DNA of 64,000 bases, from positions 544,001-608,000 of the forward strand of contig CBDCOH010000002.1 of the NCBI GenBank assembly GCA_965219685.1, read 5' to 3'. Shown piece by piece: positions 41,308 to 54,248 of this stretch (its first letter is position 1; each line of letters starts with the position of its first letter). Below the pieces are notes generated by a model, which was not told the DNA's origin, did no database searches, and saw nothing but the letters and a program-made list of their open reading frames with translations. The stretch is from Candidatus Spongiisociaceae bacterium (lineage in GTDB: Bacteria > Actinomycetota > Acidimicrobiia > Spongiisociales > Spongiisociaceae). The position numbers were made by a program, and so were the translations under genes.

Positions 41308-42614
41308 CGCGTGTGGCCTTCCTGCTTGCGGCCGCTGCCCTGTTGGTGGCGGCCGTCCGCCTCCCGGCCCCGCTCTTACCGGATCCACCCTCGGGTGGGG
41401 CGCTCCTGGTCGACGGGTACCGGCTGGGGCAGGCACGTTTCGCCGGCTGCCCTTGGGCCTTGTCCGACGGTCGGCGCAGTTCCTCCTACCTGGCCGCGAC
41501 GGAGGAGGCGAGCGGTTTCGACATCTCCTTCCCGGAGGGCGGGGAAGCTAGGGACCCGCTGTCGGGCGACGTGGTCGAGGGGATCGGGGTGGCGAGGATC
41601 GACAACCCCCGCGAGGTAGGGATCAGTTCCGCCATGGTCGAGTTCGCAGAGAGCGACGGGGCGGTGGGTGTGGTGGCGTTCGGAGAGGGCCTTCTTGCCG
41701 GGGATCTGTGCACGGCTTCCCTTCCCGCCACATGGCATCTTCCTGGGGGTTCCACGCTGCAGGGCGAGGAACTCACCCTGCGCCTCTTCAACCCGTTCAC
41801 CACCGACGCACGAGTCGATCTGTGGGCGCTCAGCGAGTTGGGAACGGAGGCCGCCGAGTCACTGGAGGCCTTGACCATCCCGGCCGGGAGGACCCGCGTC
41901 GTCTCCCTGGAGGGGGTGCTGGCGGGCCGGGAGTCACTCGCGGTAATCGTCCGCCCCACGTTCGGTTCGGTCATCCCGGTCATGGAGTTGGATACCGGTA
42001 CGGATACCGCGGTCTGGCCGGGGACAGGGACGAGCGAGGGCTGGGAGTTTCCGGTCGGGGGTGTCGACGGGCTGGAGACATCCCTGGTTCTGACCAACGA
42101 AGCGTCCCTGGAGGTCAACTTCCTCGTCGAGTTGTTCGACGAGACGGCCACCTTCATGGCGCCCCTGAGCGGGACGATCGAGGGGCCCGGTCAGGTACGC
42201 ATCGGTCTGGCGGGATTGCCCACGCGTGCCTTCGGGATCCGGGTGACGGGGGACGGTCCCTTCGGGGCGGCGGTCGTCGGCCGATCGAGCACGGCCGTCG
42301 CCGCAACCACCGGGACTCCCACCAATGCCTCCGCGTGGTTGCTGCTCGGCCCGGGCGCGGTCCCCGCGGACAGCCGGCTCCGGCTCCTCAACGCCGGGGT
42401 CCTCGACCTCGAGGTCACCTACACGGCACTGACCGCGTCAGGGGAGGAGCTTAAGAGTTCGGCCACGGTCCCCGCAGGTTCAGTGGAGACGGTCGTCGTG
42501 GCGGATCCTGATGTACTGGGAGTACGCGTGACCGGGAGCGGCCCGTTCAGTGCGGGATGGTGGGGGGAGGCTCAGGGATCGATCATGTTCGCGGGAGGGG
42601 TTCCGGTTGGATAG
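41304..42614 (+). CDS. Secreted protein, DUF5719-like
   Basis: Signal peptide, CP, WHLPGGST, LRLFNPF; conserved position after the GT2. Confidence 0.7.
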   Translation: MTRVAFLLAAAALLVAAVRLPAPLLPDPPSGGALLVDGYRLGQARFAGCPWALSDGRRSSSYLAATEEASGFDISFPEGGEARDPLSGDVVEGIGVARIDNPREVGISSAMVEFAESDGAVGVVAFGEGLLAGDLCTASLPATWHLPGGSTLQGEELTLRLFNPFTTDARVDLWALSELGTEAAESLEALTIPAGRTRVVSLEGVLAGRESLAVIVRPTFGSVIPVMELDTGTDTAVWPGTGTSEGWEFPVGGVDGLETSLVLTNEASLEVNFLVELFDETATFMAPLSGTIEGPGQVRIGLAGLPTRAFGIRVTGDGPFGAAVVGRSSTAVAATTGTPTNASAWLLLGPGAVPADSRLRLLNAGVLDLEVTYTALTASGEELKSSATVPAGSVETVVVADPDVLGVRVTGSGPFSAGWWGEAQGSIMFAGGVPVG

Positions 42615-42987
42615 CGACCTACTGCTCAGACTGGTCGTGGTGATCGTGGCGGCTGGTGTGGTGGTGGTGGTAGCCCGACTCCGCCCCCGGCGTCCTGGAC
42701 GGCCCTTGCGCACCGAGGGGAATCTCGAGGGGCCCGGCCTCTACCTGTTCACGGCTTCCGCCTGCGACTCGTGTGACTCGGCCCGTTCCGTCTACGTGGA
42801 GGAGTTGGGAGAAGACGGTTTCACCGAACTCACCTGGGAGGACCGGCCCGGCCTGCTGACCCGGCTCGGCGTGGGGGAGATCCCGGTGAGCACCGTACTC
42901 GATTCCTCGGGCCGGGAGGTGGGTTCTTTCGTGGGGGTCCCGTCCCGCGGAGCACTGAGAAGGGCGGCGCGGAGGATGCGGGCGTGA
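42607..42987 (+). CDS. Membrane-anchored thioredoxin-like protein
   Basis: TM helix, FTASACDSC, GVGEIP. Confidence 0.7.
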   Translation: MDSDLLLRLVVVIVAAGVVVVVARLRPRRPGRPLRTEGNLEGPGLYLFTASACDSCDSARSVYVEELGEDGFTELTWEDRPGLLTRLGVGEIPVSTVLDSSGREVGSFVGVPSRGALRRAARRMRA

Positions 42988-43122
42988 GTCACGGGAACTG
43001 GAGGGACCGGTGACAGCCTGGCGGCGACTCTGACGGCACTCTTGACTGTGGGACCCGCTCCATCCCTCACACTCCGACCGGATGGAACAGGATGAGCCAA
43101 CCATTTAGGATTTCGTCTGTTC

Positions 43123-45753
43123 GTGCAAGGGCCGCCTCGTCTCGCCGGCGTACCGGTCGGGCCGTTGCACCCGGTACCCGATGACTGGATCCAACTAGTG
43201 AGTTCCCGCCCCCCGACAGCCGACAGTAGCGCCCCGGTCACCGGATCCTCGCTGAAGGCTTGGACGCCGCGGGCGTCTGCGGTGGCGGTGGGCGTTGTCT
43301 CCCTGGCCACGCTCACCGCCCTGGCGCCGCATCTGCTGCTGGTCGCCAACACGCCGACCGGCGGCGACATGGGGGCCCATGTCCTGGGTCCCGCCTACCT
43401 TCGGGATGTGCTGCTACCCGGCGGCCGGATCATGGGTTGGTCGAACTACTGGTTCGCCGGCTTCCCGATCTTCTACTTCTACTTCCCGCTCCCGTCCCTG
43501 GTGATCGTGGGTCTGGACCTGCTGCTCCCCTACGGGGTGGCGTTCAAGCTCGTGTCGGTTGTGGGCCTGGTCGCTCTGGCGCCGGCTTCCTACTTCCTGG
43601 TCCGTTCGATGGGATTCGCCCGCCCGGTGGCGGCTATAGCCGCGGCGGCCGGGGGCGCCTACGCGTTCATGGAGACCCCCACGCCCAACATCTTCGGCGG
43701 TACGATCGCGTCCAGCCTGGCGGGCGAATTCTCGTACTCGTGGTCCTTCGCCTTCTCGCTCGTCTACCTCGGATACCTCTTGAAGGCGGTGTACGAGTCC
43801 AAGAGGTACTTCGTGCCCGCCGGGATCGCGCTGGCGCTGACCGCCCTCTGCCACGTGATCCCGACCATCGGGGTGGTCGTCGCATCGTTGTTCGTCGTGG
43901 TCGGCCGGTCGAATTGGTGGCGGTCGGTGCGTGGCCGGGCGGATAGGCCCGCCGGCGACGGGCAGGTGATCGAACGCAGGGCGTGGCTCTGGGGGATCGT
44001 GGCGGGGACCTGGCTGTTGGGATTCGTGCTGGCGGCCTTTTGGGCCTTGCCCCTGGTGATCCGCCTCAGGTACACGACCGACATGGACTGGCAACCGCTG
44101 GCCGGCCTGGACGAGTTGGTTCCGGTGGAGCTCTGGCCGGTCGCGGTCCTGGGTGTGGCCGGCATCCTGGCGGCGGTGCGGTTCACCAGCCGGGCCATAC
44201 CCCTGGCGGCCCTGACCTTGCTCCCGCTCCCTGCCTTCTTCCTGCTCGGGCAGGGTGCCAAGCTGTGGAACGGACGGGCCCTGCCCCACTGGTTCTTCGG
44301 ACTGCACCTGTTCGCAGGTATAGCCGTCGGGCTGCTGGCCGCCCGGGCGGTACGCGCCCTTCCCGAGCGCGTGTCGCGCTGGTGGGTCCGGGGCGGTCTG
44401 GCCGTGATTCTCCTGGCTCTTCTCCTGGGTCCTAACGTCGGCGGAGGGACGGGCGGTCCCGAGACCGCGACTGGTGTCCTCGCCTGGCCGGGATGGCAAG
44501 CGCTCGGCCTGGATGCGGTCATCTCCCGCATCTCGAGACCAGATCTCCTGCTCCTCGTGGCCGGGGGCCTGGTGATCTGGCTCGTGGGACGGTCCGCCGA
44601 CCCGCGGACCGGGTTGGTGGTCCCGTTCTGCGCGGTGGTCCTGTTCATAGGCGCCGTCTTCCTGGGTACGCTCACAGCCGAGAACTACGTGAGCGCCTGG
44701 GCTCGCTGGAACTACCAGGGTTACGAGGGCAAGCAGGATTGGTCCGAGTACCGGTCGGTCATGTCCTCCATGGCGGACCTACCTCCCGGACGTGTGCAGT
44801 GGGAGGCCAACAGCGAGCTCAACAAGTACGGCACGCCCATGTCTCCCATGCTGTTCCCATACTGGACCGAGGGAAGCCATCCGTCGATGGAGGGCCTCTA
44901 CTTCGAGTCCTCGGTAACCACCCCCTTCCATTTCCTGAACGCGGCCGAACTGAGCAAGTCGCCGTCCAATCCCATTCCAGGCCTCCGCTATCACAACGGG
45001 GACTTCGATCGTGGCGCCAGGCACATGGACCTGTTCAACGTGAGCTACTACGTCTCCTACACCGACACCGCCACGGAGAAGGCCGACGAGCACCCTTCCT
45101 TCCGGCGGCTGGCCGAGTCGCCTCCCTTCACCATCTACGGCTTGGCGCAGAGTTCGCTCGTCGATGTGGCCTCCAACCGACCCTGGGTTTTCGAGGAGCC
45201 GGAGGCGCGCCTGCTCGCGCCCCTGGTCGGGATATTCAAGGAGGACACCGAACCGGATTTCGTCGATGTAGCCCTCGACTGGTACGAGGACATCGAGATG
45301 CTCGACCAGTGGGTCGTGGCGGGCGGACCCGCGCACTGGGAGCGGGTAACCACCGAGATGGAGGGAACCACGGTGCCCCTCGAAGGCAGCGGCGAGGTGT
45401 ACGACGTCGTGCTCGAGGACCACAGGATCTCCTTCAGGACCACCGCCGTAGGTGTTCCACACCTGGTCAAGGTCTCCTACTTCCCCAACTGGACGGCCAC
45501 CGGAGCCTCCGGACCATGGAGGGCGGCGCCGGCCTTCATGGTGGTGGTCCCCGATCGTGAGCAGGTAGAACTCCGGTTCGAGAAGACGTGGGTGGAGCAG
45601 GTAGGTACCTGGGCGAGCCTTATCGGGCTGGTGCTCCTACTCGCATGGTGGGTAGCGAGAACGCTGGGGCGCAAGTGGGGGAACAGCCTGGAGGCGCGGC
45701 CGCTCGGCGGCCTACGCGATCCGCACCTGCGCGGCACTGGAAGGCACGGTTAG
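43123..45753 (+). CDS. Large GT-C-like membrane protein (6-pyruvoyl-tetrahydropterin synthase-related/YfhO-like)
   Basis: TGGDMGAH, WFAGFP.FYFYFPL, LAGEFSY, KVSYFPNW; start uncertain. Confidence 0.75.
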   Translation: MQGPPRLAGVPVGPLHPVPDDWIQLVSSRPPTADSSAPVTGSSLKAWTPRASAVAVGVVSLATLTALAPHLLLVANTPTGGDMGAHVLGPAYLRDVLLPGGRIMGWSNYWFAGFPIFYFYFPLPSLVIVGLDLLLPYGVAFKLVSVVGLVALAPASYFLVRSMGFARPVAAIAAAAGGAYAFMETPTPNIFGGTIASSLAGEFSYSWSFAFSLVYLGYLLKAVYESKRYFVPAGIALALTALCHVIPTIGVVVASLFVVVGRSNWWRSVRGRADRPAGDGQVIERRAWLWGIVAGTWLLGFVLAAFWALPLVIRLRYTTDMDWQPLAGLDELVPVELWPVAVLGVAGILAAVRFTSRAIPLAALTLLPLPAFFLLGQGAKLWNGRALPHWFFGLHLFAGIAVGLLAARAVRALPERVSRWWVRGGLAVILLALLLGPNVGGGTGGPETATGVLAWPGWQALGLDAVISRISRPDLLLLVAGGLVIWLVGRSADPRTGLVVPFCAVVLFIGAVFLGTLTAENYVSAWARWNYQGYEGKQDWSEYRSVMSSMADLPPGRVQWEANSELNKYGTPMSPMLFPYWTEGSHPSMEGLYFESSVTTPFHFLNAAELSKSPSNPIPGLRYHNGDFDRGARHMDLFNVSYYVSYTDTATEKADEHPSFRRLAESPPFTIYGLAQSSLVDVASNRPWVFEEPEARLLAPLVGIFKEDTEPDFVDVALDWYEDIEMLDQWVVAGGPAHWERVTTEMEGTTVPLEGSGEVYDVVLEDHRISFRTTAVGVPHLVKVSYFPNWTATGASGPWRAAPAFMVVVPDREQVELRFEKTWVEQVGTWASLIGLVLLLAWWVARTLGRKWGNSLEARPLGGLRDPHLRGTGRHG

Positions 45754-45775
45754 GTGTCAGGTTAAGTAATCAAAA

Positions 45776-45921
45776 TCACCATTCACCATTCACCATTCAC
45801 CATTCACCATTCACCACTCACTATTCACCATTCACCATTCACCATTCACCATTCACCATTCACCACTCACTATTCACCACTCACTATTCACCACTCACCA
45901 CTCACCACTCACCACTCACCA
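45776..45921. repeat. C-rich heptamer array (ATTCACC/ACTCACC/ATTCACT)x~20
   Basis: Visible; supplies GEW-stop of the minus-strand GT2. Confidence 0.95.
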
Positions 45922-46619
45922 AGGCTCCGGCGGAGCGCCACCAGTCCGCGCAGCGTGCGGGGGACGCGGCGGAGGAGCGAGGAACGGGTCTCGCGCAGCT
46001 CCTCCACGACCACCGGTACCTCGGCGATCCGGAAGCCGGCGCGTTCCGCACGCAGTATCAGCTCCGTGTCGAAGAGATCCTTGGTCGACCGTATGTCGGG
46101 TAGCAGTTGGCGGGCCGTGGAGGCTCTAACCGCCTTCATGCCGTGCGTGTCGCTGATCCTGGATCCGACCACCGTACGGAGCAGGAAGTTGAACACCCTC
46201 GTGGCCAGACGGCGGATCCAAGGTCGGCGGTCCTCCGAACCGGCCGCTCGCTTCGAGCCGATGATCACATCGTGCTGATCCGCCAACTCGGTCACCTGGC
46301 CGACGAATCGGCCGGAGTAGTAGTCGATGTCGAAGACCACCAACCAGCCCTCCGGGTCCGCAGCCTCCATCCCCGTGCGGATCGCCAGGCCGTAGTCGGC
46401 GACCGGGAGGCTCAGGACCTTGACCCGCGGATCCGATTCGGACTCGGCCATCGCCTCTGCAAGCGTGGTATCGGTGGAGCCGTTCTCGACCAGAGTGATG
46501 CGATAGTCAGTCGAGAGTGCTCCGACCTGCTCCCTCAGCCCGGCGAGGGCGGGCCGCATGAAACCCGACTCGTTGTGGACCGGGATGATGATCGTCACTG
46601 GCGGTTCGGTCATGGCCAT
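45909..46619 (-). CDS. GT2 glycosyltransferase
   Basis: IIIPVHNE, VENGSTD, DID, DTHGMK, FDTELILRA. Confidence 0.9.
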   Translation of the reverse strand: MAMTEPPVTIIIPVHNESGFMRPALAGLREQVGALSTDYRITLVENGSTDTTLAEAMAESESDPRVKVLSLPVADYGLAIRTGMEAADPEGWLVVFDIDYYSGRFVGQVTELADQHDVIIGSKRAAGSEDRRPWIRRLATRVFNFLLRTVVGSRISDTHGMKAVRASTARQLLPDIRSTKDLFDTELILRAERAGFRIAEVPVVVEELRETRSSLLRRVPRTLRGLVALRRSLGEW

Positions 46620-46793
46620 GCGGTCGGGAGTGTAGATTCGGACAACCGGAGGAGATTCCGGGCCAGAAGTCGCCGCTATCGGTAGGAGGGGAAGCCGAGC
46701 CATGACCCGAGCCGGGTTCGCAAGCCCATCGATCGATCATCGCGGCGGCAGCCGGATTGCGGGATTCGGGGCTGGGTCAGGCAGGGTACAGCG

Positions 46794-48161
46794 GTGATCG
46801 GGCCGGACCGCAGCGACAGGTTCGACGCCATCTTCAAGGCCTACGACGTGAGAGGCCGTGTCGACACCGGCGAACTCGACGAGGAAACGGCCGAGCGCAT
46901 CGGGGCCGGATTCGCCTGCTTCGTGGAAGCGCCGGTCGTGGCGGTCGGTAGGGACTGCCGGGCCTCGTCGCCGTGGCTGGCCGCGGCCTTGATCGAGGGT
47001 ATCCGTCGCCAAGGTGTGGACGTGGTCGACCTCGGGTTGATTCCGACCGAGGTGCTCTACTTCCACTCCGGAAGTCGTTCTCTACCGGGCGTAGTGGTCA
47101 CGGCTTCTCACAACCCGGCCGGATACAACGGGTTCAAGATGTGTCACCGCGGCGCCGCCCCCCTGGGTACGGGCTCGGGACTCGGGCGGATCAAGCACCT
47201 CGCCCGTACGGGGGGGACCGCTCTCCCGGTCCGGGGTCGCGGTCGGGTCACCCACCACGACGCGATGCCGCAGTACCTGGATCATCTGCTATCCGTCGTT
47301 GAGCCGGCCGGGATCGGGCCGTTGCGGGTTGTGGCGGACGGGGGGAACGGGATGGCGGGCGTCGTTCTGGGCGGATTGTTCGACCGCTTGGAGGCCGACC
47401 TGACGGGCCTCTACCTGGAACCGGACGGGACCTTTCCCAACCATCCCGCGGATCCGCTCGACCGGACCAACCTGGATGACCTGATCCGCAAGGTCCGCTC
47501 CGAGGGCGCGGACGCCGGAGTGGCCTTCGATGGCGACGCTGACCGCGCAGTGTTCGCCGACGAGGATGGTGAGCCCCTCTCCGGGAGCGTCACCACCTCG
47601 ATCATCTCGCGCTGGTACCTACGGCGCCGACCCGGATCCCGGATCGTTCACAACCTGATATGTTCGAAGTGGGTGAGCGAGGCCATCCGGGCTGAGGGCG
47701 GCGTCCCGGTACGGACCAGGGTCGGGCACTCCTTCATCAAGAGGGTGATGGCCGATACCGGGGCGGTTTTCGGCGGTGAGCACTCGGGCCACTACTACTT
47801 CCGTGACAACTACCGCGCCGACAGCGGCATGCTCGCGATGCTGGTCCTCCTCACCGCGTTGACCGAGGCCGGCGTGCCCCTTTCGGTCCTCCGGGTAGCG
47901 AACGATCCCTACGCCATGTCCGGTGAGATCAACACGGTTGTCCCCGATGCGGCAGCCTCCATCGAGGCGGTTGCGGCCGAGTTCTCCGGTCACGAACAGG
48001 ATCGTCTGGACGGCCTCACCGTTGATCTCGGTGATCGTTGGTTCAATCTCCGCCCTTCCAATACCGAGCCCCTGCTCCGTCTCAATGTGGAGGCGCCGGA
48101 CCGGGCCGGGGTGGACGAGTTGGCGGCCGAGGTCATCGCTGTCATCTCCAGCATGGGCTGA
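46794..48161 (+). CDS. manB: Phosphomannomutase/phosphoglucomutase
   Basis: FKAYDVRG, TASHNP, FDGDADR, GGEHSGH, RPSNTEP. Confidence 0.95.
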   Translation: MIGPDRSDRFDAIFKAYDVRGRVDTGELDEETAERIGAGFACFVEAPVVAVGRDCRASSPWLAAALIEGIRRQGVDVVDLGLIPTEVLYFHSGSRSLPGVVVTASHNPAGYNGFKMCHRGAAPLGTGSGLGRIKHLARTGGTALPVRGRGRVTHHDAMPQYLDHLLSVVEPAGIGPLRVVADGGNGMAGVVLGGLFDRLEADLTGLYLEPDGTFPNHPADPLDRTNLDDLIRKVRSEGADAGVAFDGDADRAVFADEDGEPLSGSVTTSIISRWYLRRRPGSRIVHNLICSKWVSEAIRAEGGVPVRTRVGHSFIKRVMADTGAVFGGEHSGHYYFRDNYRADSGMLAMLVLLTALTEAGVPLSVLRVANDPYAMSGEINTVVPDAAASIEAVAAEFSGHEQDRLDGLTVDLGDRWFNLRPSNTEPLLRLNVEAPDRAGVDELAAEVIAVISSMG

Positions 48162-48254
48162 GCGAACACAGCGCCGGCCCGCGTACATCCGTCTCTCGTG
48201 GTGGTTACCAGCCGCCAACCACCGAATGTCACATCCACCGGATAGCTTCTGTTT

Positions 48255-48911
48255 ATGGTGTGTGTGGTATGCGGACGGATCAGGGCCGGTGGATCCGCGC
48301 CGCGGCAGGGCGGGATCTGCCGGACGTGCGCCGGTTCACTGCAGCGCGCCGCCGAGGTGCGGCTCCGGTCGGGCGTGCTGGTACGCCCGCTGTTCGTCCA
48401 CGAAGGCCCGATCCGGTCGGCGGTCCATGCACTCAAGTATCGGGGAGTGGACCGGGTGGCGGAGGTCCTGGCTCCCTGCCTGGCCGCTCTGCTTCCCGGC
48501 GACGCTTCGGCCCTGGTTCCGGTTCCCAGGGCGCTGGCGCGCACGGTCCGGTACGGCATCGACCCGGGTCGTGTTCTGGCCCGCGAGATGGCCCGGGTCG
48601 CCGACCTTCCGGTGGTGGACATCCTGAGGGCTCCCGTCCTTCGCAGGAGCCAACTACGGGAGCGCAGGGCCGAGGGGCTGAGATTCGTGTCGGTCGGTGG
48701 AGCGCCAGGGCGAGCGGTGCTGGTCGATGATGTCCTTACCACCGGCGCCACCATGACCGCCGCGGCGCTGGCGTGTAAAGGCTCGGTCCTGCGCGCGGTG
48801 ACTCTCACGCGTTCACCGGTGCCATCTGCAGAGCCTCGGTTGCCGAACTGGGAGACGACGGAGGCCTCCGGCTCCGTGGATGATCCCGGTTTAGGGACCG
48901 GAGCTCACTAA
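48255..48911 (+). CDS. comF: ComF-family phosphoribosyltransferase-like protein
   Basis: CxxC..CxxC, ALKY, LVDDVLTTGAT. Confidence 0.85.
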   Translation: MVCVVCGRIRAGGSAPRQGGICRTCAGSLQRAAEVRLRSGVLVRPLFVHEGPIRSAVHALKYRGVDRVAEVLAPCLAALLPGDASALVPVPRALARTVRYGIDPGRVLAREMARVADLPVVDILRAPVLRRSQLRERRAEGLRFVSVGGAPGRAVLVDDVLTTGATMTAAALACKGSVLRAVTLTRSPVPSAEPRLPNWETTEASGSVDDPGLGTGAH

Positions 48912-48920
48912 AGTCACGGT

Positions 48921-49478
48921 ATGGAGGTTCGGATACGCGGGCGCGGTGTCCAGGTAGACGAAGGGATCCGGGCCTACGCCTTGACGAAGGTCGACCGCTC
49001 GACTCGCTTCTTCGACCGGCTCGGCGACGTGGACATCAGCCTGCTCGAGGTCACGCCGCCGGAGCGGGGCCAGCGCTTCAGAGCCGAGATCGCCACCCGC
49101 TCGGCGCGCCACGACCTACGTGCCGAAGGCGAGGGGGATACGGTCGAGCGCGCCCTCGACGCCGCCGCCGACCGGTTCGTCCACCGGTTGAGACGCCTCA
49201 GCGAAAGGCTCACCGACCGGCGCCGGCAGCGAACGAGGAGCCTGGAGACGGTCGATCATCTGGACTCAGGGTCGGCCAACCAGCCTGCAGGCGATGGGAT
49301 TCCGGAGATCGTGCGGGTACGCGCCAACACAGACAAGCCCATGACGCCGGAGGACGCGGCGCTGGTGATGGAACAGCGGGGTTACTCCTTTCTCGTCTTC
49401 ACCAACGCGGAGACCGGTAGGGTCGGAGTCCTTTACCGGCGCAACGACGGGCGGATGGGTCTGATCGAGCCGGAGTGA
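48921..49478 (+). CDS. raiA: Ribosome hibernation factor (long HPF/RaiA)
   Basis: IRGRGV, KPMTPEDA, FLVFTN, VLYRRNDG; upstream of secA. Confidence 0.9.
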   Translation: MEVRIRGRGVQVDEGIRAYALTKVDRSTRFFDRLGDVDISLLEVTPPERGQRFRAEIATRSARHDLRAEGEGDTVERALDAAADRFVHRLRRLSERLTDRRRQRTRSLETVDHLDSGSANQPAGDGIPEIVRVRANTDKPMTPEDAALVMEQRGYSFLVFTNAETGRVGVLYRRNDGRMGLIEPE

Positions 49479-49595
49479 GGCGGGTCGGCGCCCGGCAGTC
49501 GTTGCGGCCATATTTGTCCCGGCGGTCCGATACCATGGAGGCGATCCGTCACATGGCGGAAGCGCGGTTGTCCCCCGAACAAGACCGGTGATTCC

Positions 49596-52234
<2,639 letters not shown>

Positions 52235-52238
<4 letters not shown>

Positions 52239-52465
52239 CCCTCCTCCTTCTTGAACGACTTGGCGTAGTTCTTGTGACCCTTCGCCAGGTGTTTATGGAC
52301 GGACTTGGTCATGGGGAACTTACCGCTCAGGAACCCGCCGGTCGGAGCCGGCCCGCCGATATCCCGGATATCGTGCGCAGCCTTGGCGAGCGAGTGGTCC
52401 ACGGTCGGAGTGGAGCCGTGCAAATGAGGGTTTCGCAGCAGACGGAAGAACTGGCGTAGGCTCAT
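52235..52465 (-). CDS. Small basic hypothetical protein
   Basis: AGGAGGAGG RBS; ATGA overlap with the upstream ORF; no recognised family. Confidence 0.5.
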
Positions 52466-52794
52466 CGGGGATCCTCCTCCTGGTAGTCCGGTTGGCGGTT
52501 CCAGTCCTCGATACACCGTTCTTTGACTGGCACCGGGTGGATGGACCTAGTGAGATCGCTTGGCGACACGAATACGCTGGCCGGGATCTTGGGGTCGAAT
52601 GAGCGCAGGTAGGCGGGCCCATCCTCCTCCAGGCGTCGCCAAGCGCCGGACCACTGGAACCCCGTGGGACCGATGATATGCCGAGCCGCCGTGTGTATCT
52701 CTCTGGGCAAGCGGCGGGCGCCCTCCCGCCGCGCCATCCACTCGGCGCAGAACTCCCGGCACCAGTTCCCGAGTCCCCGTACCATCCTGCTCAT
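52462..52794 (-). CDS. Hypothetical protein (110 aa)
   Basis: ATG start in an AT-richer leader; coupled to the downstream ORF; no recognised family. Confidence 0.45.
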   Translation of the reverse strand: MSRMVRGLGNWCREFCAEWMARREGARRLPREIHTAARHIIGPTGFQWSGAWRRLEEDGPAYLRSFDPKIPASVFVSPSDLTRSIHPVPVKERCIEDWNRQPDYQEEDPR

Positions 52795-52831
52795 GCAAAC
52801 AATCTAGACCGATTTTTCCTAGTCGGTAGTC

Positions 52832-52890
52832 TGGTGCTTGGTGCTTGGTGCTTGGTGCTTGGTGCTTGGTGCTTGGTGCTTGGTGCTTGG
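52832..52890. repeat. (TGGTGCT)x8 array, continuing at 54156-54170 beyond the IS
   Basis: Visible on both sides of the IS3 element. Confidence 0.95.
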
Positions 52891-52927
52891 TGGAGTTGCC
52901 CCGCTTTTTCGGACACTTCGCGATTTG

Positions 52928-53830
52928 TTATCCACAGGGTAGTTGGGGATTCCTTTCGTAGTCGGTGGGTGAGTGGTATCCGATGGTCGAGTGCCGCCGG
53001 TGGGGGTTGTAGAAGCCTTCGATGTAGTCGAAGACGGCGGATCGGGCCTGGTTCCGGTTGGCGAAGCCGCTCCGGGCCAGGAGTTCGGTCTCGAGGGAGG
53101 CGAAGAACGACTCGGCGACGGCGTTGTCGTAGGCGTCGCCTCGGCGTCCCATCGATACTGCGATACCGGCTGCCTCGCATCGGGCCTTGAACGCCTTCGA
53201 GTTGTATTGGCTTCCGCGGTCCGAGTGGTGGATGACCCGCTCGGGTTTGCGCTGGCCGATGGCCATGTCCAGGGCGTCGGTCACCAGCGGTGTGGCCATG
53301 TCGTCTCGCATGGACCAGCCGACTACCCGCCGGGACCAGACATCGATCACAACCGCCAGGTAGAGGAACCCTGCCTTGGTCGGGACATAGGTGATGTCCG
53401 CACACCAGATCTCGTCCGGTCCCGTGGCTGCGAACTCCCGGCACACCAGGTCCGGTGCCGCTGCCTGGGCGGGATTCTGCCTGGTAGCGGTCATCTTTCG
53501 GCGGCGGTGAACCCCCTGGATGCGGGCCTGGCGCATGAGCCGGGCCACCCGTTTGCGGCCCACAGCCACACCCTCGGCGGCCAGCTCGGCATGCACACGG
53601 GGCGCACCGTAGGTGCCCCGAGACCGGCCGTGAACCTCCACGATCCGGTCCCGCAACTCCCGATCCGCTCGTTCCCTAGCGGACGGGCGGCGTTCGAGCC
53701 ATGCGTAGTAGCCGCTGGCCGAGCACACCCAGGAGGCTGCACATGCGCCGCACGGGATGAGAGGCCTGGTTAGCTTTCACGAACCCAAACGCCGCCTGGG
53801 GGTCGATCCGGTCTCCTCTGCGAACCAGGC
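52928..53830 (-). pseudogene. IS3 OrfB (DDE integrase) with an extra 1-nt frameshift near 53725
   Basis: WCADITY, HHSDRGSQY, DNAVAESFF, YNPHRRHSTIGY; RMCSLLGV and SASGYYAW lie in different frames; 5' boundary approximate. Confidence 0.8.
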
Positions 53831-54088
53831 CGCTGCTTTTGCAAGGATCTCTTTCTCCTCGCGCAGGATGCGGTTCTCCCGACGCAGCCGCCGCAACTCG
53901 TCGCGCTCGGCAGTCGTTAGCCCCTCCCGGTGGCCCTCGTCCACATCGGCTTGGTTCACCCAATTACGGATCGTCTGGTCAGATGGTTCGAACTCCCGGC
54001 TCAACTCACCAGGCGTGCGACCCGCCCTGACCAGGCGAACCATCTCCGCCCGGAACTCCACCGGGTACGGCGCTCTCGTCTTCGGCAT
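53777..54088 (-). CDS. IS3 OrfA (HTH + leucine zipper)
   Basis: YPVEFRAEMVRL, TIRNWV, ELRRLRREN..LREEKEILAKAAAWF. Confidence 0.92.
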   Translation of the reverse strand: MPKTRAPYPVEFRAEMVRLVRAGRTPGELSREFEPSDQTIRNWVNQADVDEGHREGLTTAERDELRRLRRENRILREEKEILAKAAAWFAEETGSTPRRRLGS

Positions 54089-54182
54089 GCTCTGAACACT
54101 CCTCTCAGGGAACAATCCCAAGTCTTAGAGTGTCCACCAAAGCGGGTCAACCTCATGGTGCTTGGTGCTTTCGTGAGAACTC

Positions 54183-54223
54183 CACTACTCACCATTCACC
54201 ATTCACCATTCACCATTCACCAT
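54183..54223. repeat. C-rich heptamer array (ATTCACC)x5 upstream of prfB
   Basis: Visible. Confidence 0.92.
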
Positions 54224-54248
54224 CCAACCGGCTAACCTTCCCGCCGTT

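Larger units (their letters stand above)
52891..54155 (-). mobile_element. IS3-family insertion sequence, 1265 bp
   Basis: TG...CA ends; imperfect IRs TGGAGTTGCCCCGCTTTTTCGGACACT / TGAGGTTGACCCGCTTTGGTGGACACT; 3-bp TSD TGG. Confidence 0.95.

Noticed and set aside
42988-43122. Possible riboswitch or sRNA upstream of the GT-C-like gene
   Set aside because: No recognisable consensus or strong pairing seen by eye.
54130-54248. N-terminal extension of RF2 in the ORF track
   Set aside because: It runs through the IS end and repeat array; the real start is ATG 54249 with a frameshift.
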